This document shows, one piece after another, positions 49,064 to 58,652 of a stretch of 64,000 bases of DNA. Below the pieces are notes generated by a model. The model made no database searches. It was given only the letters and a program-made list of their open reading frames with translations, and was not told the DNA's origin. Source of the stretch: Candidatus Wolframiiraptor gerlachensis (GTDB taxonomy: Archaea > Thermoproteota > Nitrososphaeria_A > Caldarchaeales > Wolframiiraptoraceae). Each line of letters opens with the position of its first letter. Within the stretch, counting starts at the first letter, position 1. A program made the translations under genes and the position numbers. The stretch spans positions 63,556 to 127,555 of the forward strand of contig JAJPCT020000018.1 in the NCBI GenBank assembly GCA_021323375.2, in the 5' to 3' direction.

Positions 49064-49864
49064 TCACCTCACTTTGGTGATCCTAAGCTTATCACCCGGC
49101 TTAAGCCCGAAGATCTCCGCAGCGTTTCCACGATTCACCGAGAGCTCGAGATATCCCCATCCCCCAACCGTGAGCAGCGGCTGTCCAGCCTCCACGAAGC
49201 CATAAGACCTCACATACCTGCATCTAAGCTCTCTACACGGAACGCTCACGAGGGCCTCGTCGCCAAGCTCTAGGCCGAGCTGCATGGGCTTGAGATTCGT
49301 CACGAGATTACCGAACCTATCCACATGCATTATCGTCGTCTCGGCTGAATCGCCTTCGATAACGGGTTCCGGTAGCCTCATGGCCGCATAGGACTCGATC
49401 CTCCTGCCGAGGCTTGAGGGCTTCTCTCCCCGGGCAAGCCTGCCGACGACATGAGCGAAGACATCCCTCGCATGGAATGTCTCAGCATTCCTGGGAGGAA
49501 GATTAGACTCATCAATCTCATAGGCCGCGGATACCCCGAGGATCTCGGCGGCTGGCGCCATGAAGCCCGTATCAGGGCCGATGAATACATCACCCCTCAC
49601 GGTCTCCAGGATTATCCCCCTCCTCCTAGTCCCAACTCCCGGATCAACGACGCAGAGATGGATCGTGGCCGGAGGCATGTATGGCACGCTCACTCTCAGG
49701 ATGAAGGCCGCTTGAAGCTCGTTAAACGGCATAACCTCATGCGTTAGATCAATTATCACCGCATCCCTGCAGTACGATAGTATAACGCCCTTCACCTGCC
49801 CCACGTATGGATCCGCAAGCCCGAAGTCCGTGAGGATCGAGATAACAGGCCTAGTGCCCATCAT
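49064..49864 (-). CDS. SAM hydroxide adenosyltransferase (DUF62, chlorinase/fluorinase family)
   Basis: LTDFG, VVDPGVGT.R, TFHARDVF, DRFGN and ELSVN motifs. Confidence 0.92.
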   Translation of the reverse strand: MMGTRPVISILTDFGLADPYVGQVKGVILSYCRDAVIIDLTHEVMPFNELQAAFILRVSVPYMPPATIHLCVVDPGVGTRRRGIILETVRGDVFIGPDTGFMAPAAEILGVSAAYEIDESNLPPRNAETFHARDVFAHVVGRLARGEKPSSLGRRIESYAAMRLPEPVIEGDSAETTIMHVDRFGNLVTNLKPMQLGLELGDEALVSVPCRELRCRYVRSYGFVEAGQPLLTVGGWGYLELSVNRGNAAEIFGLKPGDKLRITKVR

Positions 49865-49885
49865 CCCAAGCCGATATTATGATGC

Positions 49886-49941
49886 GCGCTCAGAGCTTTT
49901 AACCATCCTCATCTCATCAGGTAGCCAGGACTCATCATCGC
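49886..49941 (-). ncRNA. C/D-box guide sRNA
   Basis: ATGATGA-GTCCTGGCTAC-CTGA-TGAG-ATGAGGA-TGGTTAAAAGCT-CTGA: all four boxes with canonical spacing, in an intergenic region. Confidence 0.88.
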
Positions 49942-50032
49942 TGAGACATGATCAGCGGACTAGCATATTAATTCAGCCCCTTCCATGGGCTAGTGGAAGC
50001 GTTTATTCCTAGGTGGCGGCATTTGATAGGGC

Positions 50033-50875
50033 GTGATAAGGGTTAGAAAGGCTGATGGCAGGCTTGAGCCCTATGATGGCTCTAAGGTGCTAAGGACAGC
50101 CCTCTACCTCGGGCTGGACCGGGCTGATGCGGAGAGGATAGAGAGGGAGGTTTCCGAGAGGGTTTATGATGGGATTCCGACATCCGAGATTCTTACGATG
50201 ATCCGCGGGCTCGCGGAGGAGGTTAGGCCCGAGCTCTCTCACTTGAGAGATATCAGGGAGGCGATCTCGGCTATGAGGCCGAAGCCAGATTTCGAGGATT
50301 ATGCCAGGATTATCTTAAGGGAGGTTGGATACCTCGTCGAGCCGGGGAGGGTTCTCGAGGGCAGATGCGTGAGCCACGAGATAGATGGCATAGCGTTTAA
50401 GGGCGATGAGGTCTTCGTCGTCGAGGTGAAGCATCACTTCAACCATCACACGTATACTGGGCTCGGCACGATACTTGAACTATGGGCCGCATTAGAGGAT
50501 CTCAGGGAGGGTTATAGGCTGGGCTTCCACCCATATGCCTTCACATCCGCCATCCTAGTCTGCAACACGAAAATCTCCCAGCATGCGGAGCAGTATGCGA
50601 GATGTAAGGGGATAATGTATATGGGATGGAGGTATCCGAGAGCATTCGCGCTCAGCGACATCGTCTCGAGCAAGAGAATCTATCCGATAACGATGCTCAA
50701 GGAGCTTCCCGCTGATATGATCGCGAAGCTCGGCGACCGGGGAATAGTGACTTTGAACCAGCTGATTAAGCTCCGGGCGAATGAGGTGGCCGAGATACTC
50801 GGGGCGAGCATTGAAGAGGCGGAGCGGGTTAGGGAGGTCGCGGAGAAGATCCTCTCAAGCCCGCGTCAAAGCTAA
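50033..50875 (+). CDS. ATP-cone plus PD-(D/E)XK restriction-endonuclease-like protein with a C-terminal HhH-like region
   Basis: VRKADGRLEPYDGSKV (ATP cone); FE..HEID.....VEVKHH (Mrr-like catalytic core). Confidence 0.82.
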   Translation: MIRVRKADGRLEPYDGSKVLRTALYLGLDRADAERIEREVSERVYDGIPTSEILTMIRGLAEEVRPELSHLRDIREAISAMRPKPDFEDYARIILREVGYLVEPGRVLEGRCVSHEIDGIAFKGDEVFVVEVKHHFNHHTYTGLGTILELWAALEDLREGYRLGFHPYAFTSAILVCNTKISQHAEQYARCKGIMYMGWRYPRAFALSDIVSSKRIYPITMLKELPADMIAKLGDRGIVTLNQLIKLRANEVAEILGASIEEAERVREVAEKILSSPRQS

Positions 50876-50883
50876 AACAAAGA

Positions 50884-51981
50884 ATGCTGGAGATGATGCT
50901 CGGCATGGAGCTGATCGAGATAGATGGATCAATGGGTGAAGGCGGCGGCCAGATCCTCAGAAACGCGGTCTCACTCTCCGCCGTCTTGATGAAGCCGATA
51001 AGGGTCTATAATATCAGGGCTAAGAGGAGTAATCCGGGGCTGAGGCCGCAGCATCTCACGGGTGTTAAGGCTGTTGCAACCCTCTCATCAGCGGAGGTCT
51101 CGGGTCTCTATGTCGGCTCCAAGGAGATAATCTTTAGGCCGAGGGCGCTCAAGGGCGGTAGAATGAGTTTCGACGCGGGAACCGCCGGTAGCACAACGCT
51201 CATACTCCAGAGCCTCATGCCGGTTATGGCCTTTAGTAGCGAGTCTGTTGAGGTGGAGCTTAGAGGTGGGACGAACAATCCTATGGCCCCACCCGTCGAA
51301 TACTTTCAATACGTCTTGATACCGATCTTGGATAGGATGGGCTGCAGCTTCGAGGTCGAGCTCCTGAGGAGGGGTTTCTACCCGAGGGGCGGCGGCGTTG
51401 TTAGAGCGAGGTCGAAGCCTGTTGAGAGGCTCAAGCCGATAAGATTGATGGAGTCTGGTGGCGTGAGGAGGATACGCGGCCTAAGCTATAGCTGCAGACT
51501 GCCGGCGCATATTGTAGAGCGCATGGCCTCGACTGCTGAGAGGATCCTTAAAGGCGCAGGATATGGAGATGTTCATGTTGAGAGGCAGGCCCTCCAGCCC
51601 GGAGACAGCGCATGCTCCCTCGACCCGGGCTGCGGGATAATCTTGGTGGCGGAGCTGGAATCAGGCGCCGTAATGGCCTCTGATAACCTCGGGAAGATCG
51701 GTGTCCCAGCGGAGAGGATTGCGGAGGAGGCTGCTCAAAGCCTCATAAAACAGCTCGAGACAGGGGCACCCGTGGATAGGCATCTAGGCGACCAGCTCGT
51801 GATATGGGCAGCACTCGCATCCGGGGTCTCCGAATACAAGGTCGCAGAGCTAACAATGCATACGACAACGAGCATAGACCTATGCAAGATCATGGCCGGC
51901 ATAAACGCCGAGATCGATGGAAGGCTTGGAGAACCCGCGACTATAAGAATCACGGGGATAGGCTATGTGAGGCCCGGCTGA
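50884..51981 (+). CDS. rtcA: RNA 3'-terminal phosphate cyclase
   Basis: DGSMGEGGGQILR, PGLRPQH, RGFYPRGGG, DRHLGDQL and TMH motifs. Confidence 0.95.
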   Translation: MLEMMLGMELIEIDGSMGEGGGQILRNAVSLSAVLMKPIRVYNIRAKRSNPGLRPQHLTGVKAVATLSSAEVSGLYVGSKEIIFRPRALKGGRMSFDAGTAGSTTLILQSLMPVMAFSSESVEVELRGGTNNPMAPPVEYFQYVLIPILDRMGCSFEVELLRRGFYPRGGGVVRARSKPVERLKPIRLMESGGVRRIRGLSYSCRLPAHIVERMASTAERILKGAGYGDVHVERQALQPGDSACSLDPGCGIILVAELESGAVMASDNLGKIGVPAERIAEEAAQSLIKQLETGAPVDRHLGDQLVIWAALASGVSEYKVAELTMHTTTSIDLCKIMAGINAEIDGRLGEPATIRITGIGYVRPG

Positions 51982-52056
51982 AGTTAATATTTTAAAGATG
52001 CTCAAGCCCCAGACCGTGTAAAGCTGTGGCATAAGGGCTGGAGGCTGAGTAGAGAC

Positions 52057-52575
52057 TTGAGAAGGGGGCTTTTTGTCGGCAGGTTTCAGCCACCTCATCT
52101 GGGCCATGTTCATGCTATTAAGACAGTCCTAGCTGAATGTGATGAGCTTGTGATAGTTGTGGGAAGCGCGCAGTATAGTCATACGCTTGAGAACCCGTTC
52201 ACGGCTGGTGAGCGGGTTGAGATGATCCGCCAAGCCCTAGCAGAGGAGAACATAGACCTAGCGCGCGTCTATATAATCCCGGTCCCCGATGTTGGCGAGC
52301 ACTCGGTCTGGGTTGCGAGGGTCAAGTCCTTCTGCCCAAGCTTCCACGTGGTCTACACGAATAACCCACTGGTGAGGAGGCTCTTCGAGGAGGGGGGTTA
52401 TGAAGTGAAGCCTGTAAATCTCTATCAGAGAGACCTAGAGATGGGGGCGAGGATAAGGGAGCTTATGCTGAGGGGAGGCGACTGGGAGAGCCTCGTGCCG
52501 CGTAGCGTCGCCGAATACATCAAGAGGATAGGAGGTGTTGAGAGACTCAGGACAATAGCCCAGAAAGATTATTGA
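52057..52575 (+). CDS. nadM: Nicotinamide-nucleotide adenylyltransferase
   Basis: GRFQPPHLGH, GSAQ and NPFTAGER motifs. Confidence 0.94.
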   Translation: MRRGLFVGRFQPPHLGHVHAIKTVLAECDELVIVVGSAQYSHTLENPFTAGERVEMIRQALAEENIDLARVYIIPVPDVGEHSVWVARVKSFCPSFHVVYTNNPLVRRLFEEGGYEVKPVNLYQRDLEMGARIRELMLRGGDWESLVPRSVAEYIKRIGGVERLRTIAQKDY

Positions 52576-52596
52576 GCCATCCTCTCGAGTGGAATC

Positions 52597-52962
52597 ATGT
52601 TGAGGGAGTTCAGGTATAAGCAGGCAATACTCGTGAGGGCGGATCTGAGGATGAGTAGGGGGAAGATAGCGGCTCAAGCCGCTCATGCAGCCGTCTCAGC
52701 TGCCGAGGAGTGTAGGAGGCTTAGGCCCGACTGGCTTGAGGCATGGCTATCTGAGGGCCAGAAGAAGGTGGTCCTGAGGGTTGAGAGCGAGGATGAGCTT
52801 AGGAGATTCTATGAGGAGGCGAGGAGGATGGGGCTTCCGGCGAGCTTGATAGAGGATGCGGGGCTGACGGAGATCCCGCCGGGAACATTAACCGCGTGCG
52901 GGATTGGGCCAGCGCCCTCTGAGATCCTCGACAAGCTAACAGGAAGGCTTAAGCTCCTTTAA
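52597..52962 (+). CDS. pth2: Peptidyl-tRNA hydrolase Pth2
   Basis: [26 protein letters not shown] and IGPAP motifs. Confidence 0.95.
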   Translation: MLREFRYKQAILVRADLRMSRGKIAAQAAHAAVSAAEECRRLRPDWLEAWLSEGQKKVVLRVESEDELRRFYEEARRMGLPASLIEDAGLTEIPPGTLTACGIGPAPSEILDKLTGRLKLL

Positions 52963-52992
52963 TCTCCCGGGGCAAGATTTCTCCGTGAGTGG

Positions 52993-54384
52993 ATGATGCT
53001 GGGAATCCTCGCAAGCCTAACCCCCGAGTCTGTTGAGAAGTTCATTGGTATAGAGTATTATCTGACGCGGGGTGGTGGGGTGGGCGGCGTCATAAAATCA
53101 TCCCCGGAGGATTTTCAGACGTGGGAGCAGCTTGTGGATGGTCTTGACGCGAGATTCGCATATGAGTCTTGGACGGGTTTGAGGGAGGGGTTTGGGGATC
53201 AGCTGCTCGCGGTGATGTGGAAGAGAGGCGTGGATACGATAAGGGCTTGCACGATTCTCGCGAAACAGCTTGGGATAAGGCCAGCACAGATTGGCGTATG
53301 CGGCATCAAGGATAAGGTGAGCGTGAGCTGGCAGTTCATAACGCTTCCAGCATGGAGCATTAGGCCGGAAAGAGTCGAGGTTGGAGGCGTGATAAAAATT
53401 CTCCCGATAATGCATGTGGGCTGGAGGATAAGCTCCGAGAGGCTTGCGAGAAACATGTTTGAAATCGTGATCCGGGGGCCGAGTGATGGGGCTGAGGCCG
53501 CTCAAAGGATCTTGGAAGAGCTTAGGCTCAGGGGGATTCCCAACTTCTATGGCCATCAGAGGTTCGGAATTTCGAGGCCGATAACTCCCATAGTTGGGAG
53601 GCTGATGATCGAGGGGAGGATCGAGGAGGCTGTCAAGGCTTTTCTCGCAGAATACTCCCCGCTCGAGAGCAGTGAGAATAGGATGGCGAGAATGAGGCTT
53701 CTCGAGGACTTCGATCCGGCGAGGGCGCTGGAATACTTCCCGAGGATACTGAGATATGAGCGGGCGATCCTAAGACATCTAGCGAGAAGGCCTGGAGACT
53801 ATCTCGGCGCTCTGAGATCAATTCCACTCAGGCTTAGAAGGCTTTTCGTCGAGTCGGTCTCAGCCCTGATATTCAATAAGGCCCTATCCAGGGTGATCGC
53901 GGAGGATCTCTTGGGCGTGGTCGAGGTTGGAGACCTCGTTGTGAGGCTCGATACTTTTGGGAGGCCGGAGCCGGGCAGGCCGATAATGGTCTCGGAGGCG
54001 AATATACAGCAGGTCGAGAGGCTCATATCGCGTGGAAAGCTAGCGGTCGCGCTGCCAGTGCCGGGATACCTCTCCCCAATACCGAGAAGCAGGAAGGGTG
54101 AGATACTCCTCAGCATCCTAGATGAGATGGGCTTGGAGCCGAATGCATTCCGGCTGAAAATATGCCCAGAGGCCTCGACTAGGGGCTCACTCCGCCCAAT
54201 AAAGATCACGAGATGGAGCTGCAGGATATCAGAGCTGGATGATGGCTCAATAAAGCTGAGCATCGAGCTCCCACCCGGATCATACGCGACGATCCTGCTG
54301 AGGGAGATAATGAAGCCCGAGAGCCCGCTCGCATTCATCGGAGGGGGAAATGTTAATAGCCGTGAGCCTAGAGACATTATGTAA
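52993..54384 (+). CDS. truD: tRNA pseudouridine(13) synthase TruD
   Basis: IKSSPEDF, GIKDK, PNFYGHQRFG and LPPGSYATILLRE motifs. Confidence 0.93.
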   Translation: MMLGILASLTPESVEKFIGIEYYLTRGGGVGGVIKSSPEDFQTWEQLVDGLDARFAYESWTGLREGFGDQLLAVMWKRGVDTIRACTILAKQLGIRPAQIGVCGIKDKVSVSWQFITLPAWSIRPERVEVGGVIKILPIMHVGWRISSERLARNMFEIVIRGPSDGAEAAQRILEELRLRGIPNFYGHQRFGISRPITPIVGRLMIEGRIEEAVKAFLAEYSPLESSENRMARMRLLEDFDPARALEYFPRILRYERAILRHLARRPGDYLGALRSIPLRLRRLFVESVSALIFNKALSRVIAEDLLGVVEVGDLVVRLDTFGRPEPGRPIMVSEANIQQVERLISRGKLAVALPVPGYLSPIPRSRKGEILLSILDEMGLEPNAFRLKICPEASTRGSLRPIKITRWSCRISELDDGSIKLSIELPPGSYATILLREIMKPESPLAFIGGGNVNSREPRDIM

Positions 54385-55043
54385 TGGAGGGTTACGTAAT
54401 CAGCACGCCAAGCGCTAGGGCCACGTGGATTATAATTGGTATGAACACGATCATAGGCTTGGCTACATTCGCGACCCAGCTGGCGAACCCCCGCCTCTTC
54501 GATGAGATTATCCTTAGCTTCTCCGCGATACCCTTTCTCACGATACTGGGGAGGGAGCCGTATAGGCTGATAACATCCATGTTTCTCCATGGAGATCTTA
54601 TCCACCTATTCTTGAACATGTTCGCCCTCCTCATATTCGGCCCGGATGTTGAGAGGGTTCTCGGGAGGGTGAAGTATCTCATCCTCTATTTTGCCAGCGG
54701 CATCGCAGCCGACTATGCTCATGCATATTTTATCCTGACATTCTACCCGGCTAAGCAGCTCCTACTCACGCCATCGATCGGGGCCTCGGGCGCGATCTTC
54801 GGCATCATGGCGGCCTACGCCGTCCTCTTTCCGCTGAGGAGGGTCGTGTTCTTCATGTGGTTCCCGGTCGTTGCCCCCGCCATAGTCGCGATACTCATAA
54901 TGGCATTACTCCAGGTCTTCTACGCCCTCTTAATGCCCTTCTCGCGGGTAGCTTATGCAGCCCATCTCGGCGGATTCATCGCGGGGCTTGTCATCACGCT
55001 CATCTACAGGCCCATGCTGAGAAGGGTGCGTATCGGGTTTTAA
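54384..55043 (+). CDS. Rhomboid intramembrane serine protease
   Basis: SMFLHG..HL..NM, GASG and AHLGG motifs. Confidence 0.93.
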   Translation: MEGYVISTPSARATWIIIGMNTIIGLATFATQLANPRLFDEIILSFSAIPFLTILGREPYRLITSMFLHGDLIHLFLNMFALLIFGPDVERVLGRVKYLILYFASGIAADYAHAYFILTFYPAKQLLLTPSIGASGAIFGIMAAYAVLFPLRRVVFFMWFPVVAPAIVAILIMALLQVFYALLMPFSRVAYAAHLGGFIAGLVITLIYRPMLRRVRIGF

Positions 55044-55453
55044 TCAGATCCCATGACCCTGACATAGACCCTCCTGCTCCTCGGCCCATCGAACTCCGCG
55101 AGGAATATGCTCTGCCAGGTCCCGAGCATTAGCCTCCCACCCTCGACTGGCACCGCGAGCGATGCTCCCAAGATTATAGATCTTAGATGAGCATACGCGT
55201 TATAATCCACTTCATCATGCATGTATCCTCCTTTCTCCGGGATGAGCTTCTCCAGGATCCTTTCAAGATCCCTCTTCAGCCCGCCCTCATCCTCATTCAT
55301 GAATATGCCTGTCGTCGTGTGCGGCGTGAATATTATTGCGACGCCGCTCTTGATCCCACTCTCCCTAACAGCCTCCTCAACCTCCCGCGTGATATCCCTG
55401 AACTCGACCCTGCCACTAGTCTTTATGGAAAGTTCCTTGAGGAACGTCCTCAT
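55040..55453 (-). CDS. YjbQ/UPF0047 family protein
   Basis: PHTT, NE, NAYAHL, LGTWQ and EFDGPR motifs. Confidence 0.92.
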   Translation of the reverse strand: MRTFLKELSIKTSGRVEFRDITREVEEAVRESGIKSGVAIIFTPHTTTGIFMNEDEGGLKRDLERILEKLIPEKGGYMHDEVDYNAYAHLRSIILGASLAVPVEGGRLMLGTWQSIFLAEFDGPRSRRVYVRVMGSD

Positions 55454-55530
55454 CTCATGCAGGCTGGCGCCGCCAAGATTTAACATTAGCCTTAAGACTA
55501 CCCGTATACAAGGTATCTCGTGAAGGCGGT

Positions 55531-56244
55531 ATGCTTATTGACGCCCATTGTCATGCTCATGCGTTGGACGAGGAGGTTCTCAGGCGTGTCGAGAATAGAA
55601 TAATCTTGATCGCGGTTTCTGAGGATCTGGAGAGTAGTCTGAAGACCCTGAGCCTCATCGAGAAGTTCGAGAACATTATGCCGTTCATCGGGGTTCATCC
55701 ATGGAGCTTGGAGGAGATAACGCAGCAGGAGATAGATGATGTGGTTACGTTAATCGAGAGGAGGGAGGATGTGAAGGGCATAGGCGAGGTTGGCCTAGAT
55801 GGGAGGAGGCGGAACCGGGAGAAGCAGATGGAGGTCTTCAAGATCTTCTGCAAGCTCTCGGCAGAATATGATCTGCCGATGAATATTCATGCGAGGGATG
55901 CTTGGATGGAGGTTCTCGAGGTTCTTAGGAGGATGGATGTCGAGTCCGCGATAATCCACTGGTATAATGGCCCGCTTGAGATGCTTGAGGAGATCCGGGA
56001 GAGCGGCTACATGATCACGATAAACCCGGCGGCTAGGATACAGCCGAAGCATAGGGAGGTGATTGGGAAGGCGCCCATAGACATGATATTGACGGAGAGC
56101 GATGGCCCCTACGAGTATAGGGGCTTGAGCCTCAGACCGGACATGGTCGCGGACTTGATCAAGCTGATCGCGGAGGTGAAAGGGGTGATGGTTGAAGACG
56201 TGGAGGAGGCCATTGAGTTCAATTTCAGGAGGCTATTCAGGTAG
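55531..56244 (+). CDS. TatD family hydrolase
   Basis: DAHCH, GVHP, IGEVGLD, IHAR, HW and TESDGP motifs. Confidence 0.92.
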   Translation: MLIDAHCHAHALDEEVLRRVENRIILIAVSEDLESSLKTLSLIEKFENIMPFIGVHPWSLEEITQQEIDDVVTLIERREDVKGIGEVGLDGRRRNREKQMEVFKIFCKLSAEYDLPMNIHARDAWMEVLEVLRRMDVESAIIHWYNGPLEMLEEIRESGYMITINPAARIQPKHREVIGKAPIDMILTESDGPYEYRGLSLRPDMVADLIKLIAEVKGVMVEDVEEAIEFNFRRLFR

Positions 56245-56809
56245 CGATGAGGGCCGAGGCCTCCACCAAGTATCTATGAACCTTCTCATCCGCATCAGCC
56301 ACCTCCCTCTCGATCTCCGAGACCAATTCCAAGGTCTTCTTGAAGAGCTCATACTCCCTCTCGCTCAGCACCTCGACGAGCCTCAGCTCCGGCCCCCTCT
56401 TCACGAAGACGCAATATAGTGTACATGGGAGCTGGGATGGGATCTTCGAGAGAAGCTCCTCATCCACAGGCACGCTGAACGCCCTCCCACTCATCCTGCC
56501 GCTCACTATCGGGTAAATGCCCCTAGAAACATCCTCTATGACTGCTTGAGCGACCTCGATAGCCCCCGGCTCGCCGATAAACCTCATCTCGGCGACAATC
56601 CACCTAGGGACACCCCTCTGCCTGCTGAGAACAATCCTGGCCCAGACTTGGATCGCGGGGCTTAGGAAGCTTGGAGGATTCAGTGTATATACTGTGAAGA
56701 GCTCACCGCCGGAGCTCATGATCTTGAGCTCATACTCGATAAGCCCCATCCTAGTCCTAGGTCTTATTGAGATTAGATATCCGGTCAGCTCAATTTCCTC
56801 GCCGCTCAT
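56237..56809 (-). CDS. Hypothetical protein (possible OB-fold pair plus C-terminal helix)
   Basis: 190-aa ORF following ilvD, with a beta-rich pattern. No recognised motif. Confidence 0.65.
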   Translation of the reverse strand: MSGEEIELTGYLISIRPRTRMGLIEYELKIMSSGGELFTVYTLNPPSFLSPAIQVWARIVLSRQRGVPRWIVAEMRFIGEPGAIEVAQAVIEDVSRGIYPIVSGRMSGRAFSVPVDEELLSKIPSQLPCTLYCVFVKRGPELRLVEVLSEREYELFKKTLELVSEIEREVADADEKVHRYLVEASALIAT

Positions 56810-56846
56810 CCCAGCCCACTCAAGACATATCAGCAGCTATTATCCC

Positions 56847-58535
56847 CTAGCGCTCCGGGGACGGCCCGAGAATTGCGCCAGTATCAGCCGAGGATACGCT
56901 GAGAGAATATCTTAGAAGCCAGCCTCTCTCAGCTCTGGGCTTTGGCGGGCTCCAGGACTCCAGCCTCCGCCTAAGCTCATCCTCCGAGACCTCGAGATTC
57001 AGGAGTCTCGCCTCGACATCGATCGAGATCGGGTCGCCATCCTCGACAACCGCTATTGGGCCGCCCTCAGCCGCCTCCGGTGAGACATGGCCCACGCAGA
57101 GGCCATGCGTCGCGCCCGAGAATCTCCCATCCGTCACCAGCGCAATCTTCTCCATGAGCCCCATGCCCACGAGAGCAGCGGTTGGAGCAAGCATCTCCCT
57201 CATCCCAGGCCCGCCCCTCGGCCCCTCATACCTTATCACAACCACCTCACCCTCCAGTATCCTTCCACTTAGGAGGGCGTCAGCAGCCTCCTCACCAGAC
57301 TCGAAGACCCTGGCCCTACCCCGGAACCTCATCATACTCAATGGCACCCCAGCCGTCTTGAGGACAGCGCCCCTCGGCGCCAAGCTCCCTTTCAGGATCG
57401 CGATCCCACCAGTGGGCCTAATCGGCCTATCAAGAGGCCTGATAACCTCCTCATCAAGCCTCCTTGCATTAGCGATGTTCTCGCCGACTGTTTTCCCTGT
57501 GACGGTGAGAGCGTCGAGGTTGAGGAGCGGCTCAAGGGTCTTCATGACTGCGGGCACGCCTCCAGCCTTATCAAAATCATCCATGCCATGGGGGCCGCTT
57601 GGGATGAGCTCGGCTATCTGTGGCGTCTCCCTGCTAAGCCTATCAAAGTCCTCGAGCTCCAAGTCCACGCCAGCCTCCCTAGCAACTGCCATGAGATGGA
57701 GGACTGTGTTCGTAGAGCCTCCAAGCGCGAGATCAACCCTTATCGCGTTCTCGAAAGCCTTCCTTGTCAAGATCTTGAGCGCGGTTAAGTTCTCCCTAAC
57801 GAGCCCAACTATTCTCCTCCCAGCCTCGCGGGCGAGTGCTATCCTTCTAGAGCTCGTCGCCGGCGGCGTCGCTGAGCCCGGTAGGGCGAGGCCAATCGCC
57901 TCGGCTATACATGCCATGGTATTCGCCGTGTAGAGGCCATTACAGGAGCCCGGGGTTGGGCAGGCGGCCATAGCCAGCATCTCAAGCTCCTCCTCGCTCA
58001 GCTCTCCAGCCTTAACCCTCCCAATACCCTCATAGACATGGGAGAAGGCGACCTTCCTCCCGCGGAACCAGCCGCAGGGCATCGGCCCACCAGTCATCAC
58101 TATTGTTGGTAGGTTGAGCCTCGCAGCGGCCATGAGCATGCCCGGCGTAACCTTATCACAATTCGGTATCAGAACCAAGCCATCAAGAGCATGCGCCCTA
58201 GCAATCGTCTCGACAGAGTCGGCTATAAGCTCCCTAGATGGGAGGGAGTATTTCATGCCCTCATGATCCATAGCGATGCCATCGCAGACGACTATTGTGT
58301 TGAACTCGAATGGCACCCCGCCAGCCTCCCTAATGCCCTGGATGACGGCGTCCGCGATCATCCTCAGGTGAACATGGCCCGGAACCATGCTCGAATAGCT
58401 ATTGACAACGCCGATGAATGGCTTCTCGAAATCATCGCGGCTAAGCCCGAGAGAGTATAGTAGAGCCCTATGAGGAGCCCTCTCAAGACCACGCTTAATC
58501 AAATCACTTCTCATATCTGAGCCCATTAGCCTCAA
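56847..58535 (-). CDS. ilvD: Dihydroxy-acid dehydratase
   Basis: [37 protein letters not shown] and TDGRFSG motifs. Confidence 0.96.
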   Translation of the reverse strand: MRLMGSDMRSDLIKRGLERAPHRALLYSLGLSRDDFEKPFIGVVNSYSSMVPGHVHLRMIADAVIQGIREAGGVPFEFNTIVVCDGIAMDHEGMKYSLPSRELIADSVETIARAHALDGLVLIPNCDKVTPGMLMAAARLNLPTIVMTGGPMPCGWFRGRKVAFSHVYEGIGRVKAGELSEEELEMLAMAACPTPGSCNGLYTANTMACIAEAIGLALPGSATPPATSSRRIALAREAGRRIVGLVRENLTALKILTRKAFENAIRVDLALGGSTNTVLHLMAVAREAGVDLELEDFDRLSRETPQIAELIPSGPHGMDDFDKAGGVPAVMKTLEPLLNLDALTVTGKTVGENIANARRLDEEVIRPLDRPIRPTGGIAILKGSLAPRGAVLKTAGVPLSMMRFRGRARVFESGEEAADALLSGRILEGEVVVIRYEGPRGGPGMREMLAPTAALVGMGLMEKIALVTDGRFSGATHGLCVGHVSPEAAEGGPIAVVEDGDPISIDVEARLLNLEVSEDELRRRLESWSPPKPRAERGWLLRYSLSVSSADTGAILGPSPER

Positions 58536-58652
58536 GCTCCGCCTACATAAGAGTTCTACGTGCCGGGGGCATCACCCCCTCTTAATAAGATGCGGGCAGC
58601 AGTGGGCGGTCAAGATTAATTTAGGAGATCTCATCCTCAAGCCCTAAAGAAG

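Noticed and set aside
52000-52050. Imperfect hairpin between rtcA and nadM as a possible H/ACA RNA
   Set aside because: No clear K-turn or ACA box; more likely promoter or UTR sequence.
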